64,000 nt of DNA from a virus (IMGVR_UViG_3300028797_000093), one strand, 5' to 3'; positions 1 through 10,481 are shown, counted from the first letter of the stretch. The notes: generated by a model from the sequence alone, not told the origin. Program-made: numbers and translations.

Positions 1-344
1 TATCATTTAAATAAGGGCAGCTATTATTGTGATTATTTTTCTCAAAGTAGTGGTACCAGGTATTCTATTCGTGGTGGTAACTGTAGTGCTGGCTCTAATT
101 GTGGTTTCGTCTATGTTCATCTTAGTGTTTCGTTTTCTAACTACTCTTGGAATCGTGGCGCCGCCATATCATTTAAACCATCTCTTCTTTTTATTGTGAT
201 TATTTTTATCAAAGTAGTGGTGCTCACTATTCTTATCGTGGTGGTGTTTCTACAAGTGGGCTCGGTTGTGGCGTTTTCTATGTTAATCTGGACGGTACTG
301 CTTCTAGGGCTGGTTGGTATCTTGGCGCCGCCCTATCATTTAAA
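1..344 (+). repeat. VR-like cassette array A: end of a truncated cassette (1-11) plus cassettes A1 (19-177) and A2 (185-344)
   Basis: Each unit is TATTGTGATTATTTT..CAAAGTAGTGGT + variable core CGTGGTGGT..TGTGG..TGG + GGCGCCGCC(C/A)TATCATTTAAA. It is homologous to the 3' end of the DGR target genes, with no start codon or RBS. Confidence 0.92.
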
Positions 345-353
345 TAAACAAAA

Positions 354-390
354 ATAATAGTAGAAGACCTCACCTGTCTTCTACTATTAT
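354..390. terminator. Intrinsic terminator hairpin, likely bidirectional
   Basis: ATAATAGTAGAAGAC-ctcacct-GTCTTCTACTATTAT perfect inverted repeat with A/T tails. Confidence 0.75.
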
Positions 391-508
391 TACTGAAAAG
401 GAGCGTACCGAATGAGCATGATCGCGTGCCTATTAATATGTTAATTAGATAATTATAATGGATTGTATATTATAGTAAAGGAATTATAATACCATCGGAG
501 GATAAATA

Positions 509-1048
509 ATGAAAAGAAAACAAGATTTTTATCCTGGGCAATTATGCTTGTTTGATAGATATAATTATACTGCTATGAAAGGCGCTAATTCTATTACTAT
601 GGTTTCTATAGTAAGACCTTATAAAAAGAGCCTTTTCAATATTCATAATGAATGGATGGTCTTTATACCTGCTACACAAGAAGTTATTGTAGTACCAGAG
701 AGTTTTCTCTGTCCTGCTCCTACAGTAGAACAACTACGAAATCTAGAATCTGTTATAATGATAAGAAATCCTGTAAACTTACCTGAGTTTACAGTTTCTG
801 ATGTTTCTAATGTAAGAAAAGCTATAGCTATTCTAGAAGAGCATAAATCTGTATATAATAAAGATGCTACTCAATCTATTGATAGTGTAAATGAAACTAT
901 TAAAGGATTAAATAAGCTTCTACTAAAGTTTAAGTTTTATTCTAGAATGAATGTGAAAGAGAGAGTGCTTAATCTAGGAAGAATAAGCTCTACTTCTTAT
1001 GAAGATAATGGAATTAAAAAAGAAGAATATGATGAGGATGATGTGTAA
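509..1048 (+). CDS. Hypothetical protein
   Basis: 179-aa ORF, RBS GGAGG at 497-501, coupled to the next ORF (TAATG). Confidence 0.75.
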   Translation: MKRKQDFYPGQLCLFDRYNYTAMKGANSITMVSIVRPYKKSLFNIHNEWMVFIPATQEVIVVPESFLCPAPTVEQLRNLESVIMIRNPVNLPEFTVSDVSNVRKAIAILEEHKSVYNKDATQSIDSVNETIKGLNKLLLKFKFYSRMNVKERVLNLGRISSTSYEDNGIKKEEYDEDDV

Positions 1049-1305
1049 TGGATGACTATACGAATCCTTTAATTGATGTATCTGAAACTGAAGCATTCAT
1101 AGCTTCTAATATTGCTAAGATGAGAATATCAGAAATTAGAAGTAGTCAGCATCTGACAAAGAAAGCTTTAGCTGAATTAAGTGGATTATCTGAGAAGTCT
1201 ATAGCTTTTATAGAGAATCCTAAGGGTAATCCTACATTTAACTCTATGCAGAGATATCTTAATGCTTTAGGATGGGAAATGGTATTTAAAAGAAAAGAGG
1301 ATTAA
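1048..1305 (+). CDS. XRE-family helix-turn-helix protein
   Basis: IRSSQHLTKKALAELSGLSEKSIAFIENPKGNPTFNSMQRYLNALG matches the HTH_XRE pattern. Confidence 0.8.
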   Translation: MDDYTNPLIDVSETEAFIASNIAKMRISEIRSSQHLTKKALAELSGLSEKSIAFIENPKGNPTFNSMQRYLNALGWEMVFKRKED

Positions 1306-1310
1306 GATAT

Positions 1311-1571
1311 ATGAGAGGTTCATTATATAAGACTGATAAGTATCTAGAACCTTGTCCTATATGTGGAAGACTTCCTAAATTATATGTAGAAAGATTGGGT
1401 GGTGGATGGGGATCTTGGTGTACTATAGTATGCAAGAAACCTCTTAGAAAACCACATCTAAAAATAGAAGAAGGAAAAGCTCAATATAGAAGAGCTATTG
1501 AGTATGCTATAGAAGACTGGAATAAGACTTGTTATGAATATAGAAAGAGGAATAAAAATAATGAAAAATAG
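1311..1571 (+). CDS. Lar-like (restriction alleviation) zinc-finger protein
   Basis: N-terminal LEPCPICG and C-terminal AIEDWN, typical of Lar-family proteins. Confidence 0.5.
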   Translation: MRGSLYKTDKYLEPCPICGRLPKLYVERLGGGWGSWCTIVCKKPLRKPHLKIEEGKAQYRRAIEYAIEDWNKTCYEYRKRNKNNEK

Positions 1572-1767
1572 AATAATGTGCATTAGAATCTATAATGATC
1601 CAGAAATAGTTAATATTACCAGAGTTGATATTAAATTTACTGATCATACAGAATCTAATTTTATTAATTGGAGTCAGAAAGAACAAAGAGAGAAAATTCT
1701 CAAACAAATAGAAGAGTTTACTATTATTTATGATGAAAGAATCAAGAAACCGTTTAACGATGTTTAA
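1561..1767 (+). CDS. Hypothetical protein
   Basis: Short ORF in the operon, probable start MKNRIM after AGAGGA. Confidence 0.55.
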   Translation: MKNRIMCIRIYNDPEIVNITRVDIKFTDHTESNFINWSQKEQREKILKQIEEFTIIYDERIKKPFNDV

Positions 1768-1783
1768 ATAATGGAGGATATGT

Positions 1784-2305
1784 ATGAGCGAAGATATTAC
1801 TTCAATAATGAAAGGTATCATAAATAAGTCTATATCTAATATTATACTTGATCCTTCAATAATATCTAGTATTATATGGAATTATTTTAAAGACAATAAT
1901 AATATCTATATTGGAAAGTTCCTCCATAAAAATAGAGAAAGCAAAGAAGTATCAGCATTCTATAGTGGTGAATTCATCATTATAGATAAGTATACATTTG
2001 TTAATGAGAATATATACTACGATGTGTATATAAGATACTTTGTTGATGAGCATGATAATCTAGTTATTAGAGATAAGGTTATACTTATCATTGATACAAT
2101 GACTGTTACTATTCATAGTAAAATAGAAGATCTAGATCCAGAATTTGTTTTAAATACTTCATTTAAGAGATGTGATTATGATAAATTAATGATTATTACT
2201 CCCAATATGAAATTATTTGATGCTGATAGAAGATTTGGTTATATGATAAATGCTAAGCTTACGTTTGATTATAATATAAAATTTGATAAAGAGGTAGATA
2301 ATTAA
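1784..2305 (+). CDS. Hypothetical protein
   Basis: 173-aa ORF with GGAGG RBS. Confidence 0.7.
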   Translation: MSEDITSIMKGIINKSISNIILDPSIISSIIWNYFKDNNNIYIGKFLHKNRESKEVSAFYSGEFIIIDKYTFVNENIYYDVYIRYFVDEHDNLVIRDKVILIIDTMTVTIHSKIEDLDPEFVLNTSFKRCDYDKLMIITPNMKLFDADRRFGYMINAKLTFDYNIKFDKEVDN

Positions 2306-2769
2306 TGATAGAAGCTATAAATATTATTCCAAGACAATTAGAATTTGAACAGCATGAAGCTGTTAAACATCTAATATTTAATTATATTAAAGATCTAGTT
2401 ATTACTAAGAAAAGTGATGAAGTAATTAAAGATTGTCTGGTAATCCAGATGTCTGATATCATTAAAGAGTTTTTCTCTAAATATGAATTAGATCTTGGTG
2501 ATCTTAGATTTGTCACTAAAGAAAAAGATTCAGAAAGTACTATATACTTTATTTACTATGGAAAAGATGATAAGGATATTACTTACAAAGTAGAAGTATA
2601 TTGTTGGGAAATTATTGGAGTTACAAGAATTAAGAATATAGTGTCTGATATTGGTGCAATGAGAGCAATTAATTGCACTAAGAGAGAAACATATACGTTT
2701 CCTGTAAAGAATTATAGACATAAGATAGATATAATATATAAGATGTATTCATACAAGTTGGAGCCTTGA
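2305..2769 (+). CDS. Hypothetical protein
   Basis: 154-aa ORF, coupled start, GAGGT RBS. Confidence 0.7.
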   Translation: MIEAINIIPRQLEFEQHEAVKHLIFNYIKDLVITKKSDEVIKDCLVIQMSDIIKEFFSKYELDLGDLRFVTKEKDSESTIYFIYYGKDDKDITYKVEVYCWEIIGVTRIKNIVSDIGAMRAINCTKRETYTFPVKNYRHKIDIIYKMYSYKLEP

Positions 2770-3383
2770 AAATGAGTAATGAAAACTTCAAATCACAATT
2801 AGACAATTATTATTTTGATAAACTATTAGCTTATCAAAAAGTTTTAAAAAATACAGGTAAGAGGATTCCTTTATGTTTAATTATAGCACATGCTATAGTA
2901 ATGTATTTAAATAAAGAATATTGTTCTAAGAGTAATTTCGATGAACTTGGTGTATTTGAAAACTTTGATATGGTTGATAATAATTTAGTACACTTTGATT
3001 TTAGTTCTAAGTTTAATGATAAGATGTACTATGTGTATATGAATAGAGATTTTCATATTACAAAGATTAGAATTACTGATACTAATGTGGATAAAATAGA
3101 ACTTGATGATATAACTTATATCGGTGACTTTAAACTAGAGAGCGAAGGAAAAACATATATTCCTAATAATTGTAAAATTAAAGTTGATCTTGAATATACT
3201 CTAGATATAGGGAAAAAGACTCTAGGAGCTTTGATTCTAGATGAATCAGAAGAATTTAAAATGTTTGAATATTTAGAACAAGATAAATATGCAATTTATC
3301 ATTATCTAGCAGAAGATTTTGATATTAATAAGAATATTGGTATCTGGATTATACCTTCTGTATATAGCTATGCTACAAATTAA
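2766..3383 (+). CDS. Hypothetical protein, paralog of 3659-4234
   Basis: Shared KRIPL, Y.LDIGK..(L/I)GAL and EEFKM motifs. Confidence 0.7.
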   Translation: MKMSNENFKSQLDNYYFDKLLAYQKVLKNTGKRIPLCLIIAHAIVMYLNKEYCSKSNFDELGVFENFDMVDNNLVHFDFSSKFNDKMYYVYMNRDFHITKIRITDTNVDKIELDDITYIGDFKLESEGKTYIPNNCKIKVDLEYTLDIGKKTLGALILDESEEFKMFEYLEQDKYAIYHYLAEDFDINKNIGIWIIPSVYSYATN

Positions 3384-3419
3384 GAGAATAATTAAAAAAG
3401 AGAAGGAGAAGTAACAGTA

Positions 3420-3656
3420 ATGGAAAATAAAACAGCTCATTGGACTATTGAAGATGGAGATTTAGATTGTGCATATTGCAGTGAATGTGGACATGCTGTT
3501 ACTCTAAATAAAAATTTTAATTTTTCACTAACTGTAGATGGAGATATTAAAGTAGAATTTCCTGATAGATGTCCTAAATGTGGATGTAAAATAGGTAGTG
3601 TAAAATCTACTACTCATTGTACTGATATTATAGAAGATCTATTGAAGGAGATTTAA
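3420..3656 (+). CDS. Zinc-ribbon protein, paralog of 4707-4976
   Basis: AHW..EDGDLD..YCS.CG ... CPKCG. Confidence 0.75.
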   Translation: MENKTAHWTIEDGDLDCAYCSECGHAVTLNKNFNFSLTVDGDIKVEFPDRCPKCGCKIGSVKSTTHCTDIIEDLLKEI

Positions 3657-3658
3657 TT

Positions 3659-4234
3659 ATGTTTTCTAATATAGAATTGAAACTAAATGAATATTATCTT
3701 CATAAACTAGTAAGACAAGTTAGAGAGAATGGTGATTCAAATAAAAGAATCCCATTAATACTTGCTGTATCTAGTGCTATTAAAGAGTATATAATTAGTG
3801 AAGGATTTAATGTATCTGACTTACGTAGTGTAAGTGTAGTTGGAAATAAATGCGTAGTATTTCAATACTATACTAATTATTATAATAGCGATCATACTTG
3901 TCAGGTTAGTTTGGAAATTGATGGGTCTAATGCTTCCATTAATAATATAACAGTAACTGATAAAGTAGACTTTCTACTAGAAGAAGATAAAAGAATAGGA
4001 TCTTATGTAAAATCCTATGATAATAAAATATATACCAATATTAAACATGCTTATCTTAAAATAGATTATGATCTTGATATTGGAAAAGAACTTATAGGAG
4101 CTCTTAAAATTGACGAAGAGTTTAAGATGTATTTAAGTGCTAATAATGAAATATTGCATTTTATGTCTACTGATGAAGATTATAGTGGTAAAAATATAAG
4201 TCTTAAATTGACTTTTAGTATAGAAGTGGTTTAA
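3659..4234 (+). CDS. Hypothetical protein, paralog of 2766-3383
   Basis: Shared motifs as above; AAGGAG RBS. Confidence 0.7.
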   Translation: MFSNIELKLNEYYLHKLVRQVRENGDSNKRIPLILAVSSAIKEYIISEGFNVSDLRSVSVVGNKCVVFQYYTNYYNSDHTCQVSLEIDGSNASINNITVTDKVDFLLEEDKRIGSYVKSYDNKIYTNIKHAYLKIDYDLDIGKELIGALKIDEEFKMYLSANNEILHFMSTDEDYSGKNISLKLTFSIEVV

Positions 4235-4261
4235 TAATAAGAGAGAGGAAGTAGTATAGAG

Positions 4262-4681
4262 ATGGAATGTAAAGATACAAGAATAGATTCTATTATTAGA
4301 GATAGTATCTTTAATGGTACTCTTGCTTATGCAACTAATATGAGTCATGATCTTGAAAAACTTGATATTCTTGTTAATATTCTAAAATCTTATTTTGATT
4401 CTATTGGACTAAAGGATTTAGTATTTAATAAAGTTATTAGTTCAAGTACAAGTGATGATCTGGAAGATAGAGATAATGCTATTGAAATATATTTCAATGA
4501 TAATGATCATACTATTACATATGGTGTCTTTATAACTGAAGGGCTTATTATTCAGCATATAAAAACAGTAGTTAATATAAATCTAGAAAGTCTTGGTAAT
4601 ATTATTACTCCTTGTATTAATCGTAAAACATATATGATCAATAAAGAAATTACTTTCGATATTGATTTTGATGTAAAATAA
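4262..4681 (+). CDS. Hypothetical protein
   Basis: 139-aa ORF with GAGG RBS. Confidence 0.7.
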   Translation: MECKDTRIDSIIRDSIFNGTLAYATNMSHDLEKLDILVNILKSYFDSIGLKDLVFNKVISSSTSDDLEDRDNAIEIYFNDNDHTITYGVFITEGLIIQHIKTVVNINLESLGNIITPCINRKTYMINKEITFDIDFDVK

Positions 4682-4706
4682 ATATAATAATAGGAGGATT
4701 AATCAG

Positions 4707-4976
4707 ATGGCAGTTTCTTTTATAGATAAGAGTGTTGTTGATAAAGATAAAGCTCATTGGATTTTGGAAGATGGAGATTTAGATAGCGTTTATTGCAGTA
4801 AATGTGGTTACGCTGTTAATCCAGATACTAACTTCAAGTTTTCTCTAAATGAAAATAATGATATTGTGGTAGAATATCCAAATGAATGCCCAAAATGTGG
4901 ATGTGAAATTAATAATTTTCATATCATTGGTCGTTGCTTTGATATTATTAAAGAAAATTTGATGAAGAAAGTATAA
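4707..4976 (+). CDS. Zinc-ribbon protein, paralog of 3420-3656
   Basis: CSKCG and CPKCG pairs; AGGAGG RBS. Confidence 0.75.
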   Translation: MAVSFIDKSVVDKDKAHWILEDGDLDSVYCSKCGYAVNPDTNFKFSLNENNDIVVEYPNECPKCGCEINNFHIIGRCFDIIKENLMKKV

Positions 4977-5094
4977 GCTTTCTGATTATGAGATATAATA
5001 TAGAGGGTATAAAATTATATACCCTCTATTATTTTTTAGATCAATTATATATTATAAATATAGAATACTATAGAAAGGGGATATATTTTTATAT

Positions 5095-6210
5095 ATGGGA
5101 TGGTTTGATAATTGTTCTAATATAGAAGAATTATCTGCTAAATATAAAACTCTTGCTAAGAAATATCATCCTGATGTTTCTAAAGAAGAGAATGCTGATA
5201 AGATTATGAAAGAGATTAATGCAGAGTATGACGCATCATACTCTGCTATCATTCTCGGTAAGTATGATATTATTAATATTGCTAAGTCTTATAAACAACA
5301 AAGAGAAAAGCCCATCAAATATATATTAGCTTTCTTTATGAAAGATAAGCAAAGAGGTAAAGGTTATTTTGCTTATACATTTGAAAGCAGAGGTATCTTC
5401 TGGTGGGGATCTAAAAAGAAGATCAAAATAGTAACAGAAGATTCTGATACTTGGGATAACTTTAGAGGTGGATTTGCTGTAGTATCCACAGAATATGATT
5501 ATGAGAATGATGTATATAAAGCTAGAAATAGTAAGATCATTCCTGAGACTCCTAGCTATGTAGATATGTATTATTGGATTCATGAAAGAAATCTAGAATC
5601 CAGTAATACAACCGATATAGTTAAGAGTAATACACAAATGGATAGTTCCTATCTAAATGATTGGAATCGTTTCTGGTTTATTAAGACTAATTATTATAAG
5701 ACTTGGATAACTAAAGAATTTTTATTTAATACTAAATATAATAAAGTTGCCTATATGAAAGTAGGCAATATTATCATGTCTTGTGTATATCCTATTGATG
5801 ATCAATATTATACTATAGAAGATGAAGTAAAAGGTACAGAGTTCTCTTATGTAATCTTCCAAGAATGCACTAAGAAAGAATTCTGTAATACACATGATGT
5901 AGATTATAGACCTATGTTTGCTGATGCTCTTAACTGTGAATATATCAGGAATGAGAATGATCTCTATTGGATTGATAATCCTGTAGTACTTCATTATGCT
6001 AGACTTGGTATTGTTAAGTTTTATCAGTCTAAAATAAACTTTAAACTTCGATATGGAACATTTGATTCTAAAATATTGGAAGAGAATGCTCATGAATTAG
6101 ATATAGATAATGCTGAGATTATTCAAGATTATCTTGATGAACTCAATCAAGATTTTGTTGATAAATCTGAAGCTATGGCCAGAAAAGGTAAAATTAATAT
6201 AAAGATATAA
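5095..6210 (+). CDS. J-domain (DnaJ-like) protein with an unknown C-terminal region
   Basis: N-terminal YKTLAKKYHPD..MKEINAEY with the HPD motif. Confidence 0.8.
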   Translation: MGWFDNCSNIEELSAKYKTLAKKYHPDVSKEENADKIMKEINAEYDASYSAIILGKYDIINIAKSYKQQREKPIKYILAFFMKDKQRGKGYFAYTFESRGIFWWGSKKKIKIVTEDSDTWDNFRGGFAVVSTEYDYENDVYKARNSKIIPETPSYVDMYYWIHERNLESSNTTDIVKSNTQMDSSYLNDWNRFWFIKTNYYKTWITKEFLFNTKYNKVAYMKVGNIIMSCVYPIDDQYYTIEDEVKGTEFSYVIFQECTKKEFCNTHDVDYRPMFADALNCEYIRNENDLYWIDNPVVLHYARLGIVKFYQSKINFKLRYGTFDSKILEENAHELDIDNAEIIQDYLDELNQDFVDKSEAMARKGKINIKI

Positions 6211-6247
6211 AAGAATATATAAATAAAATAAGAGGGAGGAAATAGAG

Positions 6248-6673
6248 ATGGAAGCTATTAAAGAAAGGTATGTGTACGCACAAGAAGGGTATGTATACAC
6301 AGACCCTGATTACAGTGGTTTTAGAGTACATGATGAATGTGATAGGGTAATTAAAATTTGTAGCGATGTTAAAAAAGAATTTAATGAATATATGTTTTCT
6401 ATTCTTGGATCTTATAGTGATGATGAACTTCCTATTCTTTATAGAACCATTATGGCTGATAAGATCAAAGAAAAAATTCAAGAGAAACTTGGTTATGATG
6501 TTGGAGATATTACTGATATCTTTAATGAAAATAAAGATGATGATCATTATGTTGTATTTAAATATAGATCAAAATCAGAAAAGGGAGAGTTTGAGGTATA
6601 TCTCAACAAAGATAATGTAATTAAATATATTAAAGAGATTCATATCTTTGATCAGGATATTTCTTTGGACTAA
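6248..6673 (+). CDS. Hypothetical protein
   Basis: 141-aa ORF, GGGAGG RBS, followed by a terminator at ~6681-6720. Confidence 0.7.
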   Translation: MEAIKERYVYAQEGYVYTDPDYSGFRVHDECDRVIKICSDVKKEFNEYMFSILGSYSDDELPILYRTIMADKIKEKIQEKLGYDVGDITDIFNENKDDDHYVVFKYRSKSEKGEFEVYLNKDNVIKYIKEIHIFDQDISLD

Positions 6674-6785
6674 ACTATAAATCAAATGGGTACCTCATAT
6701 ATGGTACCCATTTGTTTTTTATTGTTCTAAAAACTTAATGATAATATATTATAAGTATAGAAATAATGATAGGAGATTTAATTAT

Positions 6786-7862
6786 ATGGCAACTAAATCT
6801 CAAGTTGATATATTTGAAGATCTAAAGCAATATCTTATAGCTAATTTTAATGGTAAATTAGCTTCTGGTGGTAAAGAGGTTACTATAAGATGTCCATTCT
6901 GTGGTGACTCTCTTAAGAATACTAAAGATAGACATATGTATATCGGTATTAATAGAAATACTGGTATTATAAATTATAATTGTTTCCTCTGTGATAGAGG
7001 AGGAATGGTTAACCAAGAATTCTTTAAATATCTTGGTGGAGATACTGTAGATATAAATAATGATCTGAAGACTAATGTGATATCTTATAATACTAAGATA
7101 TTAAACTTACCTCAAAATAGATTGATAAAAGATGCAGAATCTGTTATATTTGCTCAGCCTAGATATTTCATTAGAGATGATGAAAATACCAGAAAGAAGA
7201 TAGATATATTTAATAGAAGACTAGGAATAAATGCTACTCCTGAAGAGTTATGTAGAATGAAGGTTATTCCTAATCTTAAAGACTTTCTAATGGTAAATAA
7301 TATATCTACATATACAAGACATCCTAATGTAGTAGATCTATTAGATCAATTCTTTATAGGATTTCTATCTACCAATAATAGTTTCATTAATCTAAGAAGA
7401 TTAGTACCATCTGGTAAATTACCAGAGGTGGTTGATAAGAAATATATTAATTATAATATCTTCTCTAAGATGGATAATAGTATGAGGAATTATACTATAC
7501 CATCTGCTATAAATACATTAGACCCTAGACCTATAAAGATTTATATAGCAGAAGGGTCTTTTGATGTATTAGGATTGTATTATAATGTAGTAGAAGATAA
7601 AACACAGACTATATTCTCTTCTATAGGAGGTAAGTCTTATTTATCTCCTATAAAGTATTTTGTATTAAACTATGGATTAATAAACACAGAATATCATATT
7701 TGTGTAGATAATGATATAGATGATAAAGTTATACAAAATATATCTAATATAATAAGGCCATTATGCATGAGAGCATACATGCATAGAAATGCTATGCCTG
7801 GAGAAAAAGATTTTGGTGTAACAAGAGATAGAATAAAAGATTGGTCTATAAGATTAATATAA
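6786..7862 (+). CDS. DNA primase (Zn-finger + TOPRIM)
   Basis: CPFCGD..H..NCFLC zinc finger and TOPRIM motifs IAEGSFD and DND; start moved to MATKSQ after the AGGAG RBS. Confidence 0.85.
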   Translation: MATKSQVDIFEDLKQYLIANFNGKLASGGKEVTIRCPFCGDSLKNTKDRHMYIGINRNTGIINYNCFLCDRGGMVNQEFFKYLGGDTVDINNDLKTNVISYNTKILNLPQNRLIKDAESVIFAQPRYFIRDDENTRKKIDIFNRRLGINATPEELCRMKVIPNLKDFLMVNNISTYTRHPNVVDLLDQFFIGFLSTNNSFINLRRLVPSGKLPEVVDKKYINYNIFSKMDNSMRNYTIPSAINTLDPRPIKIYIAEGSFDVLGLYYNVVEDKTQTIFSSIGGKSYLSPIKYFVLNYGLINTEYHICVDNDIDDKVIQNISNIIRPLCMRAYMHRNAMPGEKDFGVTRDRIKDWSIRLI

Positions 7863-7876
7863 AGGAGGATCATATA

Positions 7877-8194
7877 ATGACTACAGAAGACATGATTATG
7901 GAACTCAATGGTGTTAGAGAGAAGTATAAAGATAAACCTGTATACACAGGTGATGTCAATATTCCTATTATGTGTGATGATATTATTAGTAAGCTCAGAG
8001 AGCTTACTAAAGAGATTGAAAGTCTTAAAATGGAAAATACATTTCTGAAAGGGATGCTGAAGAGTAATAGTGAATATAGTGAACTGAGTAATAGATATAA
8101 AACAAATGATCTAGTTAACAGAGATCCTAAAGATCCTGTTACTAATGGATTTCCAAATATGCAACCTGGAACTCCTGAACCTATTATGCTATAA
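7877..8194 (+). CDS. Hypothetical coiled-coil protein
   Basis: AGGAGG RBS before MTTEDM. Confidence 0.6.
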   Translation: MTTEDMIMELNGVREKYKDKPVYTGDVNIPIMCDDIISKLRELTKEIESLKMENTFLKGMLKSNSEYSELSNRYKTNDLVNRDPKDPVTNGFPNMQPGTPEPIML

Positions 8195-8196
8195 CT

Positions 8197-8415
8197 ATGG
8201 GACAGCATAAGTATAATCCTACAGCTATTGCTGCTAAAGAGGGTAAACTGAATAAGAAACCAGAATCTAAATATAGTAAAAGAGGATTTGAAAGAGCTCT
8301 ATTAAATGGTATCACCAGAGGAATGTTTTCTAGATTAGGATTACATAACTATACAGAACCTTATGATTATTATCAAATGATGAATTCAGCAAATTCATCT
8401 AAGTTTCATAAATAG
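8197..8415 (+). CDS. Hypothetical protein
   Basis: 72-aa ORF in the operon. Confidence 0.55.
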   Translation: MGQHKYNPTAIAAKEGKLNKKPESKYSKRGFERALLNGITRGMFSRLGLHNYTEPYDYYQMMNSANSSKFHK

Positions 8416-8429
8416 GAGTAGATACTTAT

Positions 8430-8711
8430 ATGAATTTCAATAAAGAGATTAATAGTTTCTATTTAAATATTGCTGTTCAGAGAACTGCTCTGAATTTATA
8501 CTCTACCCTTGCTGATGGTATAGCAAGAAAAGAATATACAGTAAATAATCTATCTGAGATTAGTGGTCTATCTAAGAAGACTATTAAGAATATTCTTAAA
8601 ATGAAATCTAGCGTAAATACATCAGATTTTATTACTCTATTGAATGCTGTATGCCCTGATAAAAAGGTTGAGGTGTCTGATAGAATAGAAGATCCACTAA
8701 TACTTTGCTAA
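8430..8711 (+). CDS. HTH-domain protein
   Basis: TVNNLSEISGLSKKTIKNILK is HTH-like; AGGAG RBS. Confidence 0.65.
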   Translation: MNFNKEINSFYLNIAVQRTALNLYSTLADGIARKEYTVNNLSEISGLSKKTIKNILKMKSSVNTSDFITLLNAVCPDKKVEVSDRIEDPLILC

Positions 8712-8804
8712 TATATAATAGAGGTAGTACAATTTTAGTACTACCTCTTTATTTTTTAACTAATTAATAAGAATTAAATCCTTTCAGGAGGTTTGGTATA
8801 TAAA

Positions 8805-10016
8805 ATGGCTAAGTTTACAAATACACAATATAAGAATACTATAAATAATCTTATTAGTGCACAAACCAGCAAACTTGATAATCCATATTATATGTACTCT
8901 GATCAGAAGGGTACTGTAGTAAATTACTATGCTCAGAATATAGAAAAGTCTACTCTAGATCAAGCTGCTAAAATTGAATATTCTAAGCTTGGTGGAAATT
9001 CTCCTCTTAGATATAATCTAATTAATGATTTTATTCTATATGGTATTGATAGAATAGTATTATCTCTTAATAGTGGAGAATGGGGACTAGAAGCTGATCC
9101 TGTTGAAGGTGAAGCAATAGTTCTTCCTAATACCATTTATCCTAAGACAGGGGATTACTTTGTAATTCCTTATATTAAAGAGGATGTACTCTTCTATGTA
9201 AACGATTGTAACTTTGATACTCTAGATACTGGAGCTAATATCTATAAAATTAGTTATAAACTAGAATATTCCAGAGCTCAAAAAGTAGAAGAACTTAATA
9301 AACAGGTTGTAAAGACTTATAATTATATAGTTTCAGCTGTTGGAACTGATTATAAGACTATTATAGAAAGTAATGACTATAATGTGATAGCAAGCTTAGA
9401 GGAACTCAAGGAAATTCTTATTGGGTACTTTAAAGACCTCTTTTTCGACGATAGAGTACAAACCTTTATATATTGCTATAACTGTAATAATTTCTATGAT
9501 CCCTATAGTATTGAGTTTATGATTAGAAATAGAATATTTGACAACACTGATAATTATACATTTGTTACTCATCAGACTGTAAATAAGAAGAACTTCAATA
9601 TCTGCTATGACAGATCTCTATTTAAGTCTCTTGATGATCATACTATTGGTGAAGTTAATGGTGCTGTTGAAGCAAATTGTGAAGCTATCACTGATACAAA
9701 TACTCTATTTGGTGTAAGATATCAGCCATATTTCAATGTAGATTATTTCTCTGATTATTATCTTGGGAATAGAACTCCTATTATTCCTCCAGATGTTATT
9801 GCTCATATTCTTTCTAATGAATTATATCCTTCTGATGATAATCTTTCTATTTTTAATAGCTGGATTAAGTATCAGAATAATGAGAGTGATTATATTGATG
9901 GAGATATTATGAGCAATCTAAAGAATTACAAATATGGAAATAATAATGTAAACTATTACGGTTTGCTCATTAGTATCTTCATTATAGGAAAATACATAGA
10001 ATCACTACTACGGTAA
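8805..10016 (+). CDS. Conserved jumbo-phage protein, possibly virion structural
   Basis: Long ORF with AGGAGG RBS and upstream AACT-N6-TA motif; function is only a guess. Confidence 0.55.
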   Translation: MAKFTNTQYKNTINNLISAQTSKLDNPYYMYSDQKGTVVNYYAQNIEKSTLDQAAKIEYSKLGGNSPLRYNLINDFILYGIDRIVLSLNSGEWGLEADPVEGEAIVLPNTIYPKTGDYFVIPYIKEDVLFYVNDCNFDTLDTGANIYKISYKLEYSRAQKVEELNKQVVKTYNYIVSAVGTDYKTIIESNDYNVIASLEELKEILIGYFKDLFFDDRVQTFIYCYNCNNFYDPYSIEFMIRNRIFDNTDNYTFVTHQTVNKKNFNICYDRSLFKSLDDHTIGEVNGAVEANCEAITDTNTLFGVRYQPYFNVDYFSDYYLGNRTPIIPPDVIAHILSNELYPSDDNLSIFNSWIKYQNNESDYIDGDIMSNLKNYKYGNNNVNYYGLLISIFIIGKYIESLLR

Positions 10017-10064
10017 CATTATAATAAATCATAATCCAATAGAATCATGGAGGGTTAATATAAT

Positions 10065-10250
10065 ATGAAACTCAAACTCAGTTCAGTAGATGAAGAAAAA
10101 GTCTCTACTGTTGATATGCTATTTATGAATGAATGCGCTAAAGAAGATGAATTTAAGGCCATTGGTGATGATCTATCTTTCATTGATAACTTTACCGATG
10201 AAGTAAGTACAGATGATGACCACGACGATGTGAGTGAAGAATATGCCTGA
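10065..10250 (+). CDS. Small acidic hypothetical protein
   Basis: GGAGGG RBS; AACA-N6-TA at 10015-10026. Confidence 0.6.
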   Translation: MKLKLSSVDEEKVSTVDMLFMNECAKEDEFKAIGDDLSFIDNFTDEVSTDDDHDDVSEEYA

Positions 10251-10449
10251 TCTAAAGCCAGTCAAGAAGAATACTAATAAACCTGGAAAGAAACTCCAGT
10301 ATAATGATAAGGGAGAAAAGGTTCCAGAGAAATGCCCAAAGTGTGGATCTAAGATAGGTGTTTATCTACAAGGTGAACCAATATTTAGATGCACCAATAA
10401 CGACTGTAAAAAGTTCTTTGGTGTTGTAGGATTTCCTGATGACGAATAG
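10234..10449 (+). CDS. Small zinc-ribbon protein
   Basis: CPKCG ... CTNNDC. Confidence 0.6.
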   Translation: MKNMPDLKPVKKNTNKPGKKLQYNDKGEKVPEKCPKCGSKIGVYLQGEPIFRCTNNDCKKFFGVVGFPDDE

Positions 10450-10481
10450 GACATAAATAAACTGTTTGGAGGATTTCAATA

